From positions 1,869 through 65,868 of the IMG/VR virus record IMGVR_UViG_3300005518_000004: a stretch of DNA of 64,000 nt; one strand, 5' to 3'. Positions 33,561-43,436 of the stretch are shown in pieces. Within the stretch, counting starts at the first letter, position 1. Every line of letters starts with the position of its first letter. The notes under the pieces are model-generated. The model did no database searches and had not been told where the DNA came from. It worked only from the letters and a program-made list of their open reading frames with translations. The stretch comes from a virus. Taxonomy: Duplodnaviria > Caudoviricetes. The position numbers were made by a program, and so were the translations under genes.

Positions 33561-36500
33561 ATGACCCTGGTCACTTATGCCCGCACCCTTTTACCGCTTC
33601 TCTTATTTCCCCTCTCCCTATCCGCCATCAACAGCCTGGTGCTCTATGAGGTGGACGGCGCCACCCAGTCCACGCGCCCCACCGAGTTTGGACGCGTATT
33701 CGCCGACTCCGAGAACATTGCCCAATGCCCCCAAGCCATCATCGACGGCACCCCCGTGGGCGCCGGACAGTGGCAGGCAGACGTGAAGACCCGGTATGCG
33801 TCGGGCAACGCCAAGTTCGCCATCATCACGCTAAATACGAGTTTCACGGCTAATCCTACTTCCGGCTCCTCCCACACCGTGACATTCCAAAACGCCACAT
33901 GCTCCAACACCCCGCTCTCCCAAGCCCAGATGCTGGCGTTCAACAGCGGCAACTGGGCGGCCCAGATGGAGATCGGCATCTCCGGCTCCAGCTTCAACAC
34001 CAGCTTCGAGAATGGCACCATATCCGACTTCTGCTCCCCTGGCACCTTCAACGCCGGCCCCCCCGAATCCTGCTCCGGCTCAAACGGCGGCAATACCGAG
34101 CCCAGCGGCATCGCCTCCACCACGGTAGTCAGCACCCCCGTCCACTCCGGCACCAAGTCGCTCAAGCTCCAGATATCGACTCCGAATACGCCTACGTCGG
34201 GGGAGCGTATGTTCCGCTGGCTGGAGCCGCGCGCCATGCAGAAGGGCTACTACTCGGTCTGGATCAACATCCCCCAGCGCTACGTCCTCACCGGCAACCC
34301 GGTCAACGGCCACTTCGTCAATCTCTTCCAGTTCAAGTCAGCAGACGGCGGTGGGCGGATCGACCCCATCTGGGCGCTCCACATCAACGACGACGACCCG
34401 GCTCACTGGTATTTGCAGATGATATGGGGCGACGGCGGATTCACTGGGGCTGGACCGCATTCTGGCGACCCCGTGAGCCGCAAAGCCTATACGCAGGCAA
34501 TTAAGGAACTACCAGTCGGATCGTGGGTCCACCTGGAAGCCTACTTGTCGCAGTCCAACGCATTCGGCGGCCAACTGACTATCTGGCAGGACGGCACCCA
34601 GATCTTCAACTTCACCAGCGTGAAAACCAGCTACAACAACTGCGCCTACAACTCCTGGTGCGCCGACGACGAATGGTCAGTCAACCTCTACTCCGACGGA
34701 CTCACCCCCAACCCTGCCTACATCTACGTGGATGACTTTCACATCTATAGCGTGAGAGTGAGGGCGGCGGACATGCTGGGGGGGACAGACCCAGGGGGCG
34801 CCCCCGAATGCGGCAACAACTACTGGCGATCGGGGCCAGTCGTCACCACCGTAGTCGTCCAGGACTGCACCTCGACTACGCTCTATGACTTCGGCTGGAC
34901 CTGGAACGGCGCCACCATGGCGTCCCCCGTTACCGGCAACGCCTCCACCGCCAGCCTCCACCCCATCTACATCCTCTCCTTCTACGCCCAGAACATCGTG
35001 AAGGTGGAGAGCATCCTGGAAAATACGTGGACAGGCCGCTACCAGGATCAAAAGTACAACTTCCGCCTCGAATCCGGCTCCCCCCTCACCGTCTCCTTCG
35101 ACCATGCCTCTACCCTCTTCACCCACGTAGGCCGCACCCGCTGGCGCAAGATTGGATGGTCGGGCACCCCACCCGGCAAAATCCGTATCGACCACAACCT
35201 GGCCCACTTCGGCTCCACAGGGGCTCTCCCCAACTACGACCTCACGCGCCGCGCCTCCGTGACCACGTCCAACCCCGGCAATTACGCCTACTCGATCGCC
35301 AACTTCATAGCGGGCGACAGGGCCGACATCTGCCCCACATGCGCTACAGCCGGGCTAGGCCCCGCCACCCCATGGACAGGCGACTACGCATCCAATGGCG
35401 AGGGCGCGATCCTGCAACGTGAGGATCTGCTCTACCTCTACAACATGAACGCTTCCACGTCGTTCGACGGCAGTAGCTGTGGCACCCCCAACAGTCAATG
35501 CGCCTCTGCCTGGTACATGCTGACCGGCGAGAGTGGGCTACTGGACACTACGCTCCCGGCTATATCGGGAGGGGGAGCAGGCGCGTGGAACATGATCACC
35601 CACGTCCCCTACCACACGCGCGAGAGCCGCGCTGGCAACTTCTACTGCGCGGGCCGCGCCGACAAAAATGCCAGCCAGGGGGCAGCCTGTGGGTCCGCCA
35701 CCGGCAACGCCACGGGCCGCACCTTCTCCCGCCACGCTTATCCCGGCGACCAGAACGTCCCCAGCCCACCGCCAGTAGCGGCTGTCGGCACCAAAACAAG
35801 CGGCGGCTGGAGCTACGACATCGCCCATTGGCTGGACTACGCCTACCCGGCCTACCTGCTGACGGGAGATTATTTCTGGCTGGATGAGGAATACTCAGCG
35901 GCGGGCAGCATCCTGAGCTTCACCAACTCCACGGTTCGCTTATTCGGCAGCGCCAGCTTCTTCTCCGCCTTCACCGTGTCGGCTAATGGCTACCGGTCCG
36001 CTGCGTGGCCCCTCCAGACAGTAGCTCGTGCCGCGTACATCGCTCCCGACGGCACCGCGGAGAAAACCTACTTCACCTCCATGCTGGACTCGACTATCGG
36101 CGTCTACGAAGGCATCCTCAACATCACCGGCACCACCCTAACCCCCACGGTGGCCGACACGAATGGTTCGATTACTAATTCCACCTGTGCCGGATTTACT
36201 TATAGCGGCCCCACCTCCGCCTCCACCGCCAACCGCTGGAACCTAGGCCACTGCGAATGGACCCAAGCCTCGCTCAACAGTTCCATCGTCCCCGGCATCT
36301 CGACGCTCCACAACCTGGGCGAGATCGGCTGCTCCTCCACAGGCGAAGTCCTGCAATTCTTCAACACCGCCGTGTCCAAGTCCAACGGTCCCATCTGGCA
36401 GCGCAACCAGCTAGGGCTCGCGCTCGGCCACATCAACGAGCTAGGATTCGCCGAAGTCCTCCCAGTAGCCCAACACATCTGGAAAACCCCGGTAGAAATG

Positions 36501-36992
36501 GTGATGGACGTCGCCTACAACCCCTTCCTGGTGGGATCGTACAAGACTCCTACAGCTGGGGTGGCCCAGGTATGTGGCAACTCCAACGGGGCTTTCTCCT
36601 CCAACACCTACTTCCAGACGTGGGCGGCCACCCTGGCTGGCTACTTGTCCACGGTGCAGGCGGTCAACGGCTTCAACTCCACACAGGACGCCATCAGCGG
36701 CAACACCCGGTGCGGCGATCACGGCTACTCCGGCCTCGCCCGGGCAGCGTTGACGTTCGCTAAGAACAACACCATCGTCGGCGCCTGCTCCCAAGGCGCT
36801 TGTTCCGCCAACGACGCCTATACGTGGGCCGCTGCTAATATCCCCTACTTCAACACCCTGGCCCAGCCGCCCTCGACCAACTGCGGCACCTCTGATTTCC
36901 AAATCAAACTCGCCCTATCCCCACGCTCCACCACCCCGCCCAACGGCATGAACGGCAAGGTAGTGATATCCGGGGAAGGCGTGATAAGGTAG
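33561..36992 (+). CDS. 1143-aa exported protein with polysaccharide-lyase-like domain
   Basis: Signal peptide ending SLSA; jelly-roll-like insert SFENG...PVHSGTKSLK...FQFK...GSWVHLE...YVDD; D.AH...Y.AYLLTGDYFWL helical domain; many Cys pairs. Confidence 0.7.
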   Translation: MTLVTYARTLLPLLLFPLSLSAINSLVLYEVDGATQSTRPTEFGRVFADSENIAQCPQAIIDGTPVGAGQWQADVKTRYASGNAKFAIITLNTSFTANPTSGSSHTVTFQNATCSNTPLSQAQMLAFNSGNWAAQMEIGISGSSFNTSFENGTISDFCSPGTFNAGPPESCSGSNGGNTEPSGIASTTVVSTPVHSGTKSLKLQISTPNTPTSGERMFRWLEPRAMQKGYYSVWINIPQRYVLTGNPVNGHFVNLFQFKSADGGGRIDPIWALHINDDDPAHWYLQMIWGDGGFTGAGPHSGDPVSRKAYTQAIKELPVGSWVHLEAYLSQSNAFGGQLTIWQDGTQIFNFTSVKTSYNNCAYNSWCADDEWSVNLYSDGLTPNPAYIYVDDFHIYSVRVRAADMLGGTDPGGAPECGNNYWRSGPVVTTVVVQDCTSTTLYDFGWTWNGATMASPVTGNASTASLHPIYILSFYAQNIVKVESILENTWTGRYQDQKYNFRLESGSPLTVSFDHASTLFTHVGRTRWRKIGWSGTPPGKIRIDHNLAHFGSTGALPNYDLTRRASVTTSNPGNYAYSIANFIAGDRADICPTCATAGLGPATPWTGDYASNGEGAILQREDLLYLYNMNASTSFDGSSCGTPNSQCASAWYMLTGESGLLDTTLPAISGGGAGAWNMITHVPYHTRESRAGNFYCAGRADKNASQGAACGSATGNATGRTFSRHAYPGDQNVPSPPPVAAVGTKTSGGWSYDIAHWLDYAYPAYLLTGDYFWLDEEYSAAGSILSFTNSTVRLFGSASFFSAFTVSANGYRSAAWPLQTVARAAYIAPDGTAEKTYFTSMLDSTIGVYEGILNITGTTLTPTVADTNGSITNSTCAGFTYSGPTSASTANRWNLGHCEWTQASLNSSIVPGISTLHNLGEIGCSSTGEVLQFFNTAVSKSNGPIWQRNQLGLALGHINELGFAEVLPVAQHIWKTPVEMVMDVAYNPFLVGSYKTPTAGVAQVCGNSNGAFSSNTYFQTWAATLAGYLSTVQAVNGFNSTQDAISGNTRCGDHGYSGLARAALTFAKNNTIVGACSQGACSANDAYTWAAANIPYFNTLAQPPSTNCGTSDFQIKLALSPRSTTPPNGMNGKVVISGEGVIR

Positions 36993-36999
36993 GACCACG

Positions 37000-37338
37000 A
37001 TGAAACGCTATATCCCAATACTTGCTATTTGCCTATCTCTGCTAGCCCAAGCGTCGGGCGTCACCGTTACTGCGTCTATGACCGGCACAGGCTCCACTAT
37101 CAATGCCGACATCACCATTCCGCTCGCCCCCAGCTCGATCACATGGGTGTGTACGCCGGCACTGTTGCAAAAAGGCTCCACGGTCAGCTGCGTGGGGACG
37201 CTGGATCAGCCGGTGCCAACTGGTATGACGGGCACCATTACCCTCACTGCCCCCGCTAACTTCACGGTTGCCCCGGCCACAGTCACTGTCGCCGCTGGCG
37301 CCTCCACCACTCCTCCTGTTGTAGTGGGCCGCCCATAG
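37000..37338 (+). CDS. small exported Ig-like protein
   Basis: MKRYIPILAICLSLLAQA signal; PATVTVAAGAS; one Cys pair in the mature part. Confidence 0.7.
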   Translation: MKRYIPILAICLSLLAQASGVTVTASMTGTGSTINADITIPLAPSSITWVCTPALLQKGSTVSCVGTLDQPVPTGMTGTITLTAPANFTVAPATVTVAAGASTTPPVVVGRP

Positions 37339-37354
37339 CCCTATACTTGTCTCC

Positions 37355-37636
37355 ATGGTCCACGCCCTAGCTGATCTCACGCTCAACGGCAGCGCACAAC
37401 AACTTACTGCTACTCCAACCAAATGCAACTGGGTGATTCTACAAGGCGTGGGATCGAACGCCGTGGTGCGTGTGGCAGACTCGAATGTCGCTACCGGCAG
37501 GGGTGGCATTATCACGGCTAGCGGCGGCATCCTGACGCTTCCCCCCGTTACCGACAACAACGGCTACGATCTAGCGCAAATCTACGTGATCGGCACCAAC
37601 AACGACAAAATCACCATCTTATATTTCGTGAGGTAG
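37355..37636 (+). CDS. small beta-rich virion-type protein (similar to 51011-51307)
   Basis: TPTKCNWVILQ vs TQLNCQSILIQ; DLAQIYV vs DALAYTI. Confidence 0.6.
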   Translation: MVHALADLTLNGSAQQLTATPTKCNWVILQGVGSNAVVRVADSNVATGRGGIITASGGILTLPPVTDNNGYDLAQIYVIGTNNDKITILYFVR

Positions 37637-37688
37637 ACCCATGTTCACCAGCTGGTATCAGGTGTGGAAGCTATTATTCGGCTGCTAA

Positions 37689-38912
37689 GTGTACTCGCCA
37701 CTTATCGTTGAGCGCAACCTCCACTCGCTCAACATCCCTCCTCTCCGCCGCCGGACTGTATGGGAGTGCCGGGAGTTCGTCGATGCCATGGATAAGTCGC
37801 TCGACCCTGCTACCGGCTCACTCACCCGCGGCCTGACCAACGGAGAAGCAGCGTTCATCAAGTCCGAAACACTCTTATGCCAACATGATTTCCGCTACTG
37901 GGCCGAGCGCTATGGCTATATGGAGCTGGACGCATCTACTGGCGGCGGCATCGGGCTAGCTACGTTTTGGGCCTCTCAGAACCGTGCCTTGGATCTGATC
38001 GCCAAACGGGAGGAGGAGTCGTGGGCGAGCTATGACAAACACGGATTTGGCGAAGGCATCCTCACGGTGTGGCATAAGGCGCGCCAGTTGGGGGCGACGG
38101 CAATCATGCGGCTGATCTCGCTCCACCGCATGACGCTGCACAAAAACACCCGCCTCATTGCCGCCTCGCTCGACGAGGACAAGATCCACGAACTCTATAC
38201 GCGCGACAAGGTGGTGCTCGACAACCTGCCGTTCTTCTTCCGCCCCAAGGTAGAGTTCGACGTGAAGGACCAGCACCTATCGCTCGACCTGATTAAGTCC
38301 CGCCTCACCTACCAGCAGGCCAACCAGCAGGCAGGGATTGGAACGGGATCGCAGTTTGACCTGTTCCACTTTACGGAGGTAGCGATGTGGAGCTGGGCCG
38401 ACCGTCTGAAGTTCGATTTCCTCCCCGCCGTCCCCAAGCACCCTAAAGTCTTCGGCGCCCTCGAATCTACAGCCAATGGCCGGGGCAACTTCTGGCACGA
38501 ATTCTCGGAGAACGTCCGCAAACGTGAGTATGGGTATGAGTCGTGGATCTACATCTTCGCCCCCTATTACATTGAGCCCACCAAATACCGCCGCCCCGCC
38601 CCCGACGACTGGCGTCCCAACCAAGTCACTATCCAGCATGCGGAGATGGTGGAGCAGACGAGCCCCGACGTGATCGGCGTGACGCAGCGGTTGACGCGCG
38701 ACCAGATGTATTGGTGGGAGACCGAGCGCGAGATGTATCGCAAGGACGGCAGTCTGAATGTGTTTCTGACGAATTACTGCGCCACCCCTGAAGAGAGTTT
38801 CCAGCATTCCACGCAGTCGGCACTCCCCATAGAGACTATTGAGTGGATGCGGGCCACGAGCGCGATCAAGGGTATCCCCTATCTCCCCACCGACCTGAGC
38901 TTCCGGGCATGA
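37689..38912 (+). CDS. terL: terminase large subunit, ATPase domain
   Basis: Walker A KARQLGAT, Walker B FHFTE, coupling motif ESTANG, Y..TPEESF. Confidence 0.9.
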   Translation: MYSPLIVERNLHSLNIPPLRRRTVWECREFVDAMDKSLDPATGSLTRGLTNGEAAFIKSETLLCQHDFRYWAERYGYMELDASTGGGIGLATFWASQNRALDLIAKREEESWASYDKHGFGEGILTVWHKARQLGATAIMRLISLHRMTLHKNTRLIAASLDEDKIHELYTRDKVVLDNLPFFFRPKVEFDVKDQHLSLDLIKSRLTYQQANQQAGIGTGSQFDLFHFTEVAMWSWADRLKFDFLPAVPKHPKVFGALESTANGRGNFWHEFSENVRKREYGYESWIYIFAPYYIEPTKYRRPAPDDWRPNQVTIQHAEMVEQTSPDVIGVTQRLTRDQMYWWETEREMYRKDGSLNVFLTNYCATPEESFQHSTQSALPIETIEWMRATSAIKGIPYLPTDLSFRA

Positions 38913-39748
38913 GCAACTTCCCTTCCACCTACACCATCGGCAGCTCCGGCAGCCTGTCCCGTATGGAGACCGCGGAATGGGACGCCGACCCCCGCGGCAT
39001 CTTGTGGATGTGGGAGCCCCCCAGCAAATCCTCTTCCTACTGTATGGGAGTGGACGTAGCGGTAGGGCGAACGGGGTGGAACCGCTACAACCGGGTGAGA
39101 GAGGACCACAAGACCGACAATGGGGCTATCGAAATCCTCCGCATAGGCCGCAACGGAGCCCCCGACCACCAGGTAGCCGAATTCGCCGCCCCCATCGACC
39201 CCTTCGAGCTAGGCGACGTGGCCAACCTCATGGGCCGCCTCTACGCCGGCACCGAGGACGACCAATGCAAGTGCATCATCGAAGTCCACCCAGGCCCAGG
39301 CTTTGGCACCCTGCAACGGATGCTGGAAGCCGGATATACCAACCACTTCCGCTGGGAGTATTACGCCGACGCCCCCGCCGCCCCCACTCGCACCCTGGCG
39401 TTCGGGTGGCACGCCTCCCAGCGCACCAACCGCGATTTGTGGGTGAAAGCCAGTCGCCACCTCAACCTCCGCAACGTCCACATCCGATCCCCGTGGCTGG
39501 CGGAGGAGTATGCGGACTGCCGCATGGATCAGGACAAGCAGTATGCGGATAATCCTGGGGGCCACGATGACCGGGTCCGCGCTATGAATTTGGCTATCTG
39601 GCAGGCGAATGGCTGGAGCTTCTCGGTCGAGCGCACCACCGAGCCTGTCCGCCCTAACACAAAGATGGTAGATTGGCAGAATACCGATATGGGCCATGAT
39701 GAGATCATGGCGGACTGGGCTAACGCGCTGGATCGGCTGGGGAACTGA
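38909..39748 (+). CDS. terL: terminase large subunit, RNase H-like nuclease domain (separate ORF)
   Basis: MWE.P...YCMGVDVA.G, D..AI, QVAEF, IIE, HDDRV.AM.LA; ATGA overlap. Confidence 0.88.
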   Translation: MSNFPSTYTIGSSGSLSRMETAEWDADPRGILWMWEPPSKSSSYCMGVDVAVGRTGWNRYNRVREDHKTDNGAIEILRIGRNGAPDHQVAEFAAPIDPFELGDVANLMGRLYAGTEDDQCKCIIEVHPGPGFGTLQRMLEAGYTNHFRWEYYADAPAAPTRTLAFGWHASQRTNRDLWVKASRHLNLRNVHIRSPWLAEEYADCRMDQDKQYADNPGGHDDRVRAMNLAIWQANGWSFSVERTTEPVRPNTKMVDWQNTDMGHDEIMADWANALDRLGN

Positions 39749-39963
39749 TGCTGTCGTTTGAGCCCGAGAAGAGTTCGCATATTAAGCTAGTGGAATACGA
39801 ACCGGATCATAAGCTACTGCATGTGACGTTCTCGACCAATGGCCGCCGCTACACCTACCGCAACGTCCCCCAGGCGGCCTATACCAACTTCAGCCGCTAC
39901 CGGTCGCCGGGCCAGTTCCTGCATCAGGTGATCGTGAAAAACTACCCATTGCAGGAGGTATAA
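39748..39963 (+). CDS. KTSC domain protein
   Basis: SS.IK.VEYE...L.VTF..GRRYTY.NVP...S.GQF. Confidence 0.9.
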   Translation: MLSFEPEKSSHIKLVEYEPDHKLLHVTFSTNGRRYTYRNVPQAAYTNFSRYRSPGQFLHQVIVKNYPLQEV

Positions 39964-39974
39964 TTTAAACCACT

Positions 39975-40325
39975 ATGTCCGTCATCCAGCCCGCAGCCAA
40001 AGTGAAAGACGCCAAGATGCTGTCCGACGCCAAGCCCTATCTGTCGCATAATCCCACCGACCCAGCCGAGGAGCCGTGGGCCATCGTATTGGTTGCCTCC
40101 GACATCGCCGAGATCACGCCCTACCTCGGTCTCAACGTGGCCAATCGGGAGGATCTGATTACCCGCATCAAGATGCTGTCGTCGCTGCGGCTGGATAATA
40201 CGGATGTGATCTTTGAACCGGCGCTGCTGACGCGGCTGAAGTCCCGCTGCCTAGACAAGGCGAATTTCGGCAAGTGGCTGGGGGAGAGGGTGAAGGAGTG
40301 GGCGCACAGCTATGTCGGTTGGTGA
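39975..40325 (+). CDS. hypothetical protein
   Basis: 116 aa after TATAAT and a palindromic box. Confidence 0.7.
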   Translation: MSVIQPAAKVKDAKMLSDAKPYLSHNPTDPAEEPWAIVLVASDIAEITPYLGLNVANREDLITRIKMLSSLRLDNTDVIFEPALLTRLKSRCLDKANFGKWLGERVKEWAHSYVGW

Positions 40326-40551
40326 TCTGGACGCGGATGAGATTGACCGCTTATATGAGAAGGCGCTAGCTACGAGCCCCGAGCCAAATCTTTTAACACG
40401 AGAAGGAATCTCTCATGCGCTGCGGCTATTGCAAAAAGGAACTGGCAATCGGCGACTACCCCTATTGCCCCCACGACCCCGTCGAGCCCCGCAACGCCTC
40501 AGTCCACGCCTCCGAACGCGTAGTGGTGAACGTAAATCCCCAGACAGGTGA
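40312..40551 (+). CDS. hypothetical protein (long overlap with next ORF)
   Basis: SD AAGGAG; overlaps the next gene by 137 nt. Confidence 0.4.
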   Translation: MSVGDLDADEIDRLYEKALATSPEPNLLTREGISHALRLLQKGTGNRRLPLLPPRPRRAPQRLSPRLRTRSGERKSPDR

Positions 40552-40735
40552 AGTGCGGATTCCAGGTCGCGCCGACCGCCCTATCGACCCTAAGTATGAA
40601 GCTGCTGGGTATGTGCGGCAGGAGCTAAACTCACTAGCCGAAGTACGCCGGTTAGAGAAAAAGCATGGGCTAATTCACGAGGAATCCAACTACGACCACT
40701 CAGGCAGGGCCGAGCGTGAAACCGGATCGCGGTAG
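40415..40735 (+). CDS. Zn-ribbon protein preceding portal
   Basis: CGYC...CPH; SD AAGGA. Confidence 0.7.
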   Translation: MRCGYCKKELAIGDYPYCPHDPVEPRNASVHASERVVVNVNPQTGEVRIPGRADRPIDPKYEAAGYVRQELNSLAEVRRLEKKHGLIHEESNYDHSGRAERETGSR

Positions 40736-40769
40736 TTAGTTCAATTTCAACGGTGCCATACTGCACAAT

Positions 40770-42701
40770 GTGAGCACCCAGTCCTTCTCCCCCATCCCCA
40801 ATGCCCCCATCCCCGACCTCCCCGGCCCCAACAAGCTGTCCGATCCAGTCATCGGCTGGCTGAGGGAAGCCGTCCAAGAAGGGGAATCATTCCTATCCGC
40901 CCAACCCGGCTTCAGCCAAATCTCCAAGACCTTCGACACGATTCTGTCTTTGGATGAGACCGAGATATTCGACCCGCGCTCCACTATCTCCCAAACCCGC
41001 ACCAACCGCGTGGCCAAGATCGCGGAAGACATAGCGGCCATGATGACCGACACGAAGCCATTTTGGGAGTACCAGATCAACAACCGCCGCTTCGAGCAGC
41101 AGGCTAACGTCTACTCCAAACTCGCCACTAACTGGTATGCGCGCCGCAACATCGACATGCGCATGGCGGATGTGATTAAGTACTACTGTGTAGCGGGCAC
41201 CGGGTACGCCCACCTCCACTGGTCGCCTGAAATAGAAGACCAGTATGTGTCCGCCGAAGACCCCCGTAATGTGCTGCCGATCCGACCTGTAGACTACACA
41301 TCGCTGGAGTCCTGCCTAGGGGTGATCCTGAAGCGCAAAGTGCCGGTCAACTACATCGAGGAGCGCTATGGCGTGAAGGTGAACGCCGATTCCGACGGCT
41401 CAGCAGTCACCTGGCTGAACAAGATGCGGGATTCGTTCGCCGACATCACTAGCCCCATTTGGAAGTTTACTAAGACCTCCGACTCGCCCGACATCCCCCG
41501 CATCCCCACCGTCACCCTCTACACGGCGTGGCTGAAGGACAATCGCCGCTCCAAATCCGCCACCCCCGTCCGCATGGGCAACTTCAACCCCGACGGCACT
41601 CCCGCCGACAACTGGAGCTATATCGTGAATAAGGGGGAGCTGCTGTATCCGCATCGCCGCATGGTGATGTGGGTGGGCAATACCCTGATCTACGACGGCC
41701 CGAGCATCTACTGGCACGGCCAATTCCCCATCATCAAGCTGACCCTCAACCCGTGGCCCAACACGTGGCTGGGGAAAGCCCCGTTGTGGGATCTGCTGCG
41801 GCTGCAAACGTCGATGAACCGTCTGCTGCGGGTAGTGGACGACCATGCCAGCCAAGTCGCCCAACCCGGCAGCGTCCACGACAAGAACTCAGTCAGCCGC
41901 TCCGCCTACGAATCGTTCGACACTAGGCGGGCAGGCTGGAAAATCTACCAGAATCCGCTGGCCGGCAAGGGCATCCAGATCGTCAATCCGCCGCCTCTGG
42001 ACAGTGTGATCAAGGAGCACATCGCGTGGATACAGGCCGAGATGTCGGAGCTATCTGGCCTCACCGATATGCGCCAGCTGTTGGACCTGAATCAAATTCC
42101 GTCAACGTCTACGGTGGAGTCGATTATCCGCTCGATGTCCCCGGCTCTCAGATTCCGCAGTCGTGTGATGGAGGCGTTTGCCCGCGACTTTGCGATGCAG
42201 GTGGCCTACAACTTCTCCCAATTCACTTCGATCACGATGCGAACAGCCGAACTCGGCCCCGGCAGTATCACCCAGGATGACTTCGACTTCGACCCCGGCT
42301 CCATGATCCCCCAATACATCCACCCCGACGACCTGAACGCCGAAACCGGAGAGCCGACCGAGGGTGCTATCCTGCGCGGCCCCCGCCCCCGCTACGACCG
42401 CGCCCGCGAATTCCTCCGCCGCTTTGTGTTCAAAATAGCCCCCGGCTCGCTGCTGAACGCGGCTCAAGTGGAGCAGAAGCTGATCTATCTACAGCTGGCG
42501 CGCGCCGGGTGGATGGATATTTTCACGCTGTGGGAGATCCTAGGCATACCCAACATAGGTGTGCTGCCGGATAACGTGAGGACGATTCCGGAGCGTCTGA
42601 TCTACCAACAGGCGTTAGGATTGACTGGTATAGTTTCTCCAGCCGGAAGGAAAGCATCTGGGCAGGAGACTCCAAGATTGGTCACTAAGGAAAGTAGCTG
42701 A
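40770..42701 (+). CDS. portal protein
   Basis: 643 aa between terminase and scaffold/capsid; NRVAKI, GTGY..L.W, DPRNV, FPII, ELSG. Confidence 0.85.
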   Translation: MSTQSFSPIPNAPIPDLPGPNKLSDPVIGWLREAVQEGESFLSAQPGFSQISKTFDTILSLDETEIFDPRSTISQTRTNRVAKIAEDIAAMMTDTKPFWEYQINNRRFEQQANVYSKLATNWYARRNIDMRMADVIKYYCVAGTGYAHLHWSPEIEDQYVSAEDPRNVLPIRPVDYTSLESCLGVILKRKVPVNYIEERYGVKVNADSDGSAVTWLNKMRDSFADITSPIWKFTKTSDSPDIPRIPTVTLYTAWLKDNRRSKSATPVRMGNFNPDGTPADNWSYIVNKGELLYPHRRMVMWVGNTLIYDGPSIYWHGQFPIIKLTLNPWPNTWLGKAPLWDLLRLQTSMNRLLRVVDDHASQVAQPGSVHDKNSVSRSAYESFDTRRAGWKIYQNPLAGKGIQIVNPPPLDSVIKEHIAWIQAEMSELSGLTDMRQLLDLNQIPSTSTVESIIRSMSPALRFRSRVMEAFARDFAMQVAYNFSQFTSITMRTAELGPGSITQDDFDFDPGSMIPQYIHPDDLNAETGEPTEGAILRGPRPRYDRAREFLRRFVFKIAPGSLLNAAQVEQKLIYLQLARAGWMDIFTLWEILGIPNIGVLPDNVRTIPERLIYQQALGLTGIVSPAGRKASGQETPRLVTKESS

Positions 42702-42811
42702 TTCTCGGGGCGGGTCATCGCTTGGCCCAGTGTGAAATATACGAAAGCACCGGATTTCGCTCGCCGCCCCTTCAACCACTACTCTACCTCTAGCTAGACC
42801 CTAACACCAGT

Positions 42812-42840
42812 TTTACAAACAATTTCTTTTCTGTTATTTT
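42812..42840 (+). promoter_or_regulatory. sigma70-like promoter for the head operon
   Basis: TTTACA-17-TATTTT. Confidence 0.55.
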
Positions 42841-42863
42841 CCACACTGAGGTAAGCCCTATCC

Positions 42864-43040
42864 ATGGCGCGTCATCCAGGCGGCTCGGGCAGCATGGGGA
42901 TTCATGGCAGTATGCCCTCCCATCGCGGAGGCCGCAAGTCCATGGGTAAGCAATCAAGAGGCGGCAACCTAGCCAAAGCCAAGGTGAAGTCCTCTGCCCG
43001 TTTTTCCGCCAAGGGGGCGGCCACCAAGTCCCCTTATTAG
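42864..43040 (+). CDS. 58-aa basic Gly/Ser/Lys-rich protein
   Basis: MARHPGGSGSMGIHG...AKGAATKSPY; SD GAGGT; absent from ORF track. Confidence 0.6.
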   Translation: MARHPGGSGSMGIHGSMPSHRGGRKSMGKQSRGGNLAKAKVKSSARFSAKGAATKSPY

Positions 43041-43045
43041 CCACG

Positions 43046-43426
43046 ATGCCCGACTCGCTCCCACCTCTCCCTAAAAACGTATCCAAGTCGAGCGCGGCAT
43101 CTACGCCCCCCGGAGCGCCCCCCATGTCAGGCGCCCCCGGAGCACCATCATCGCCAATGGCCGGCGGCCTGCCCGGTCTGATGCAAGGTATCCAGCAGGT
43201 AGAAGCGGGAGCCCAGATGCTGGCGTCACAGCTACCATCCCTCACTCCCATAATCGCGGAATTCGTATCCAAACTCCGCATGGCAATTCCATCCGCGCTT
43301 GGAGCTAACGCAGGCCAGGGACAACCTCCTATGGGTCAGCAACAGCCTATGGGCGGCGGCATGCCCGGTGTACCCGGACCTCCGGCTATTACAGGCGGCC
43401 AGTCGCTTCCGTTACCTCCCATGTAA
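43046..43426 (+). CDS. Pro/Gly-rich head-associated protein
   Basis: Position between portal and scaffold. Confidence 0.65.
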   Translation: MPDSLPPLPKNVSKSSAASTPPGAPPMSGAPGAPSSPMAGGLPGLMQGIQQVEAGAQMLASQLPSLTPIIAEFVSKLRMAIPSALGANAGQGQPPMGQQQPMGGGMPGVPGPPAITGGQSLPLPPM

Positions 43427-43436
43427 GGACTAGACA

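Noticed and set aside
38843-38912. Group I intron or programmed frameshift joining the terminase halves
   Set aside because: There is no intervening sequence and no X XXY YYZ slippery site; the ATGA overlap fits translational coupling.
42707-42778. Canonical tRNA gene
   Set aside because: No TTCRA T-loop or proper anticodon arm; kept only as a structured-element candidate.
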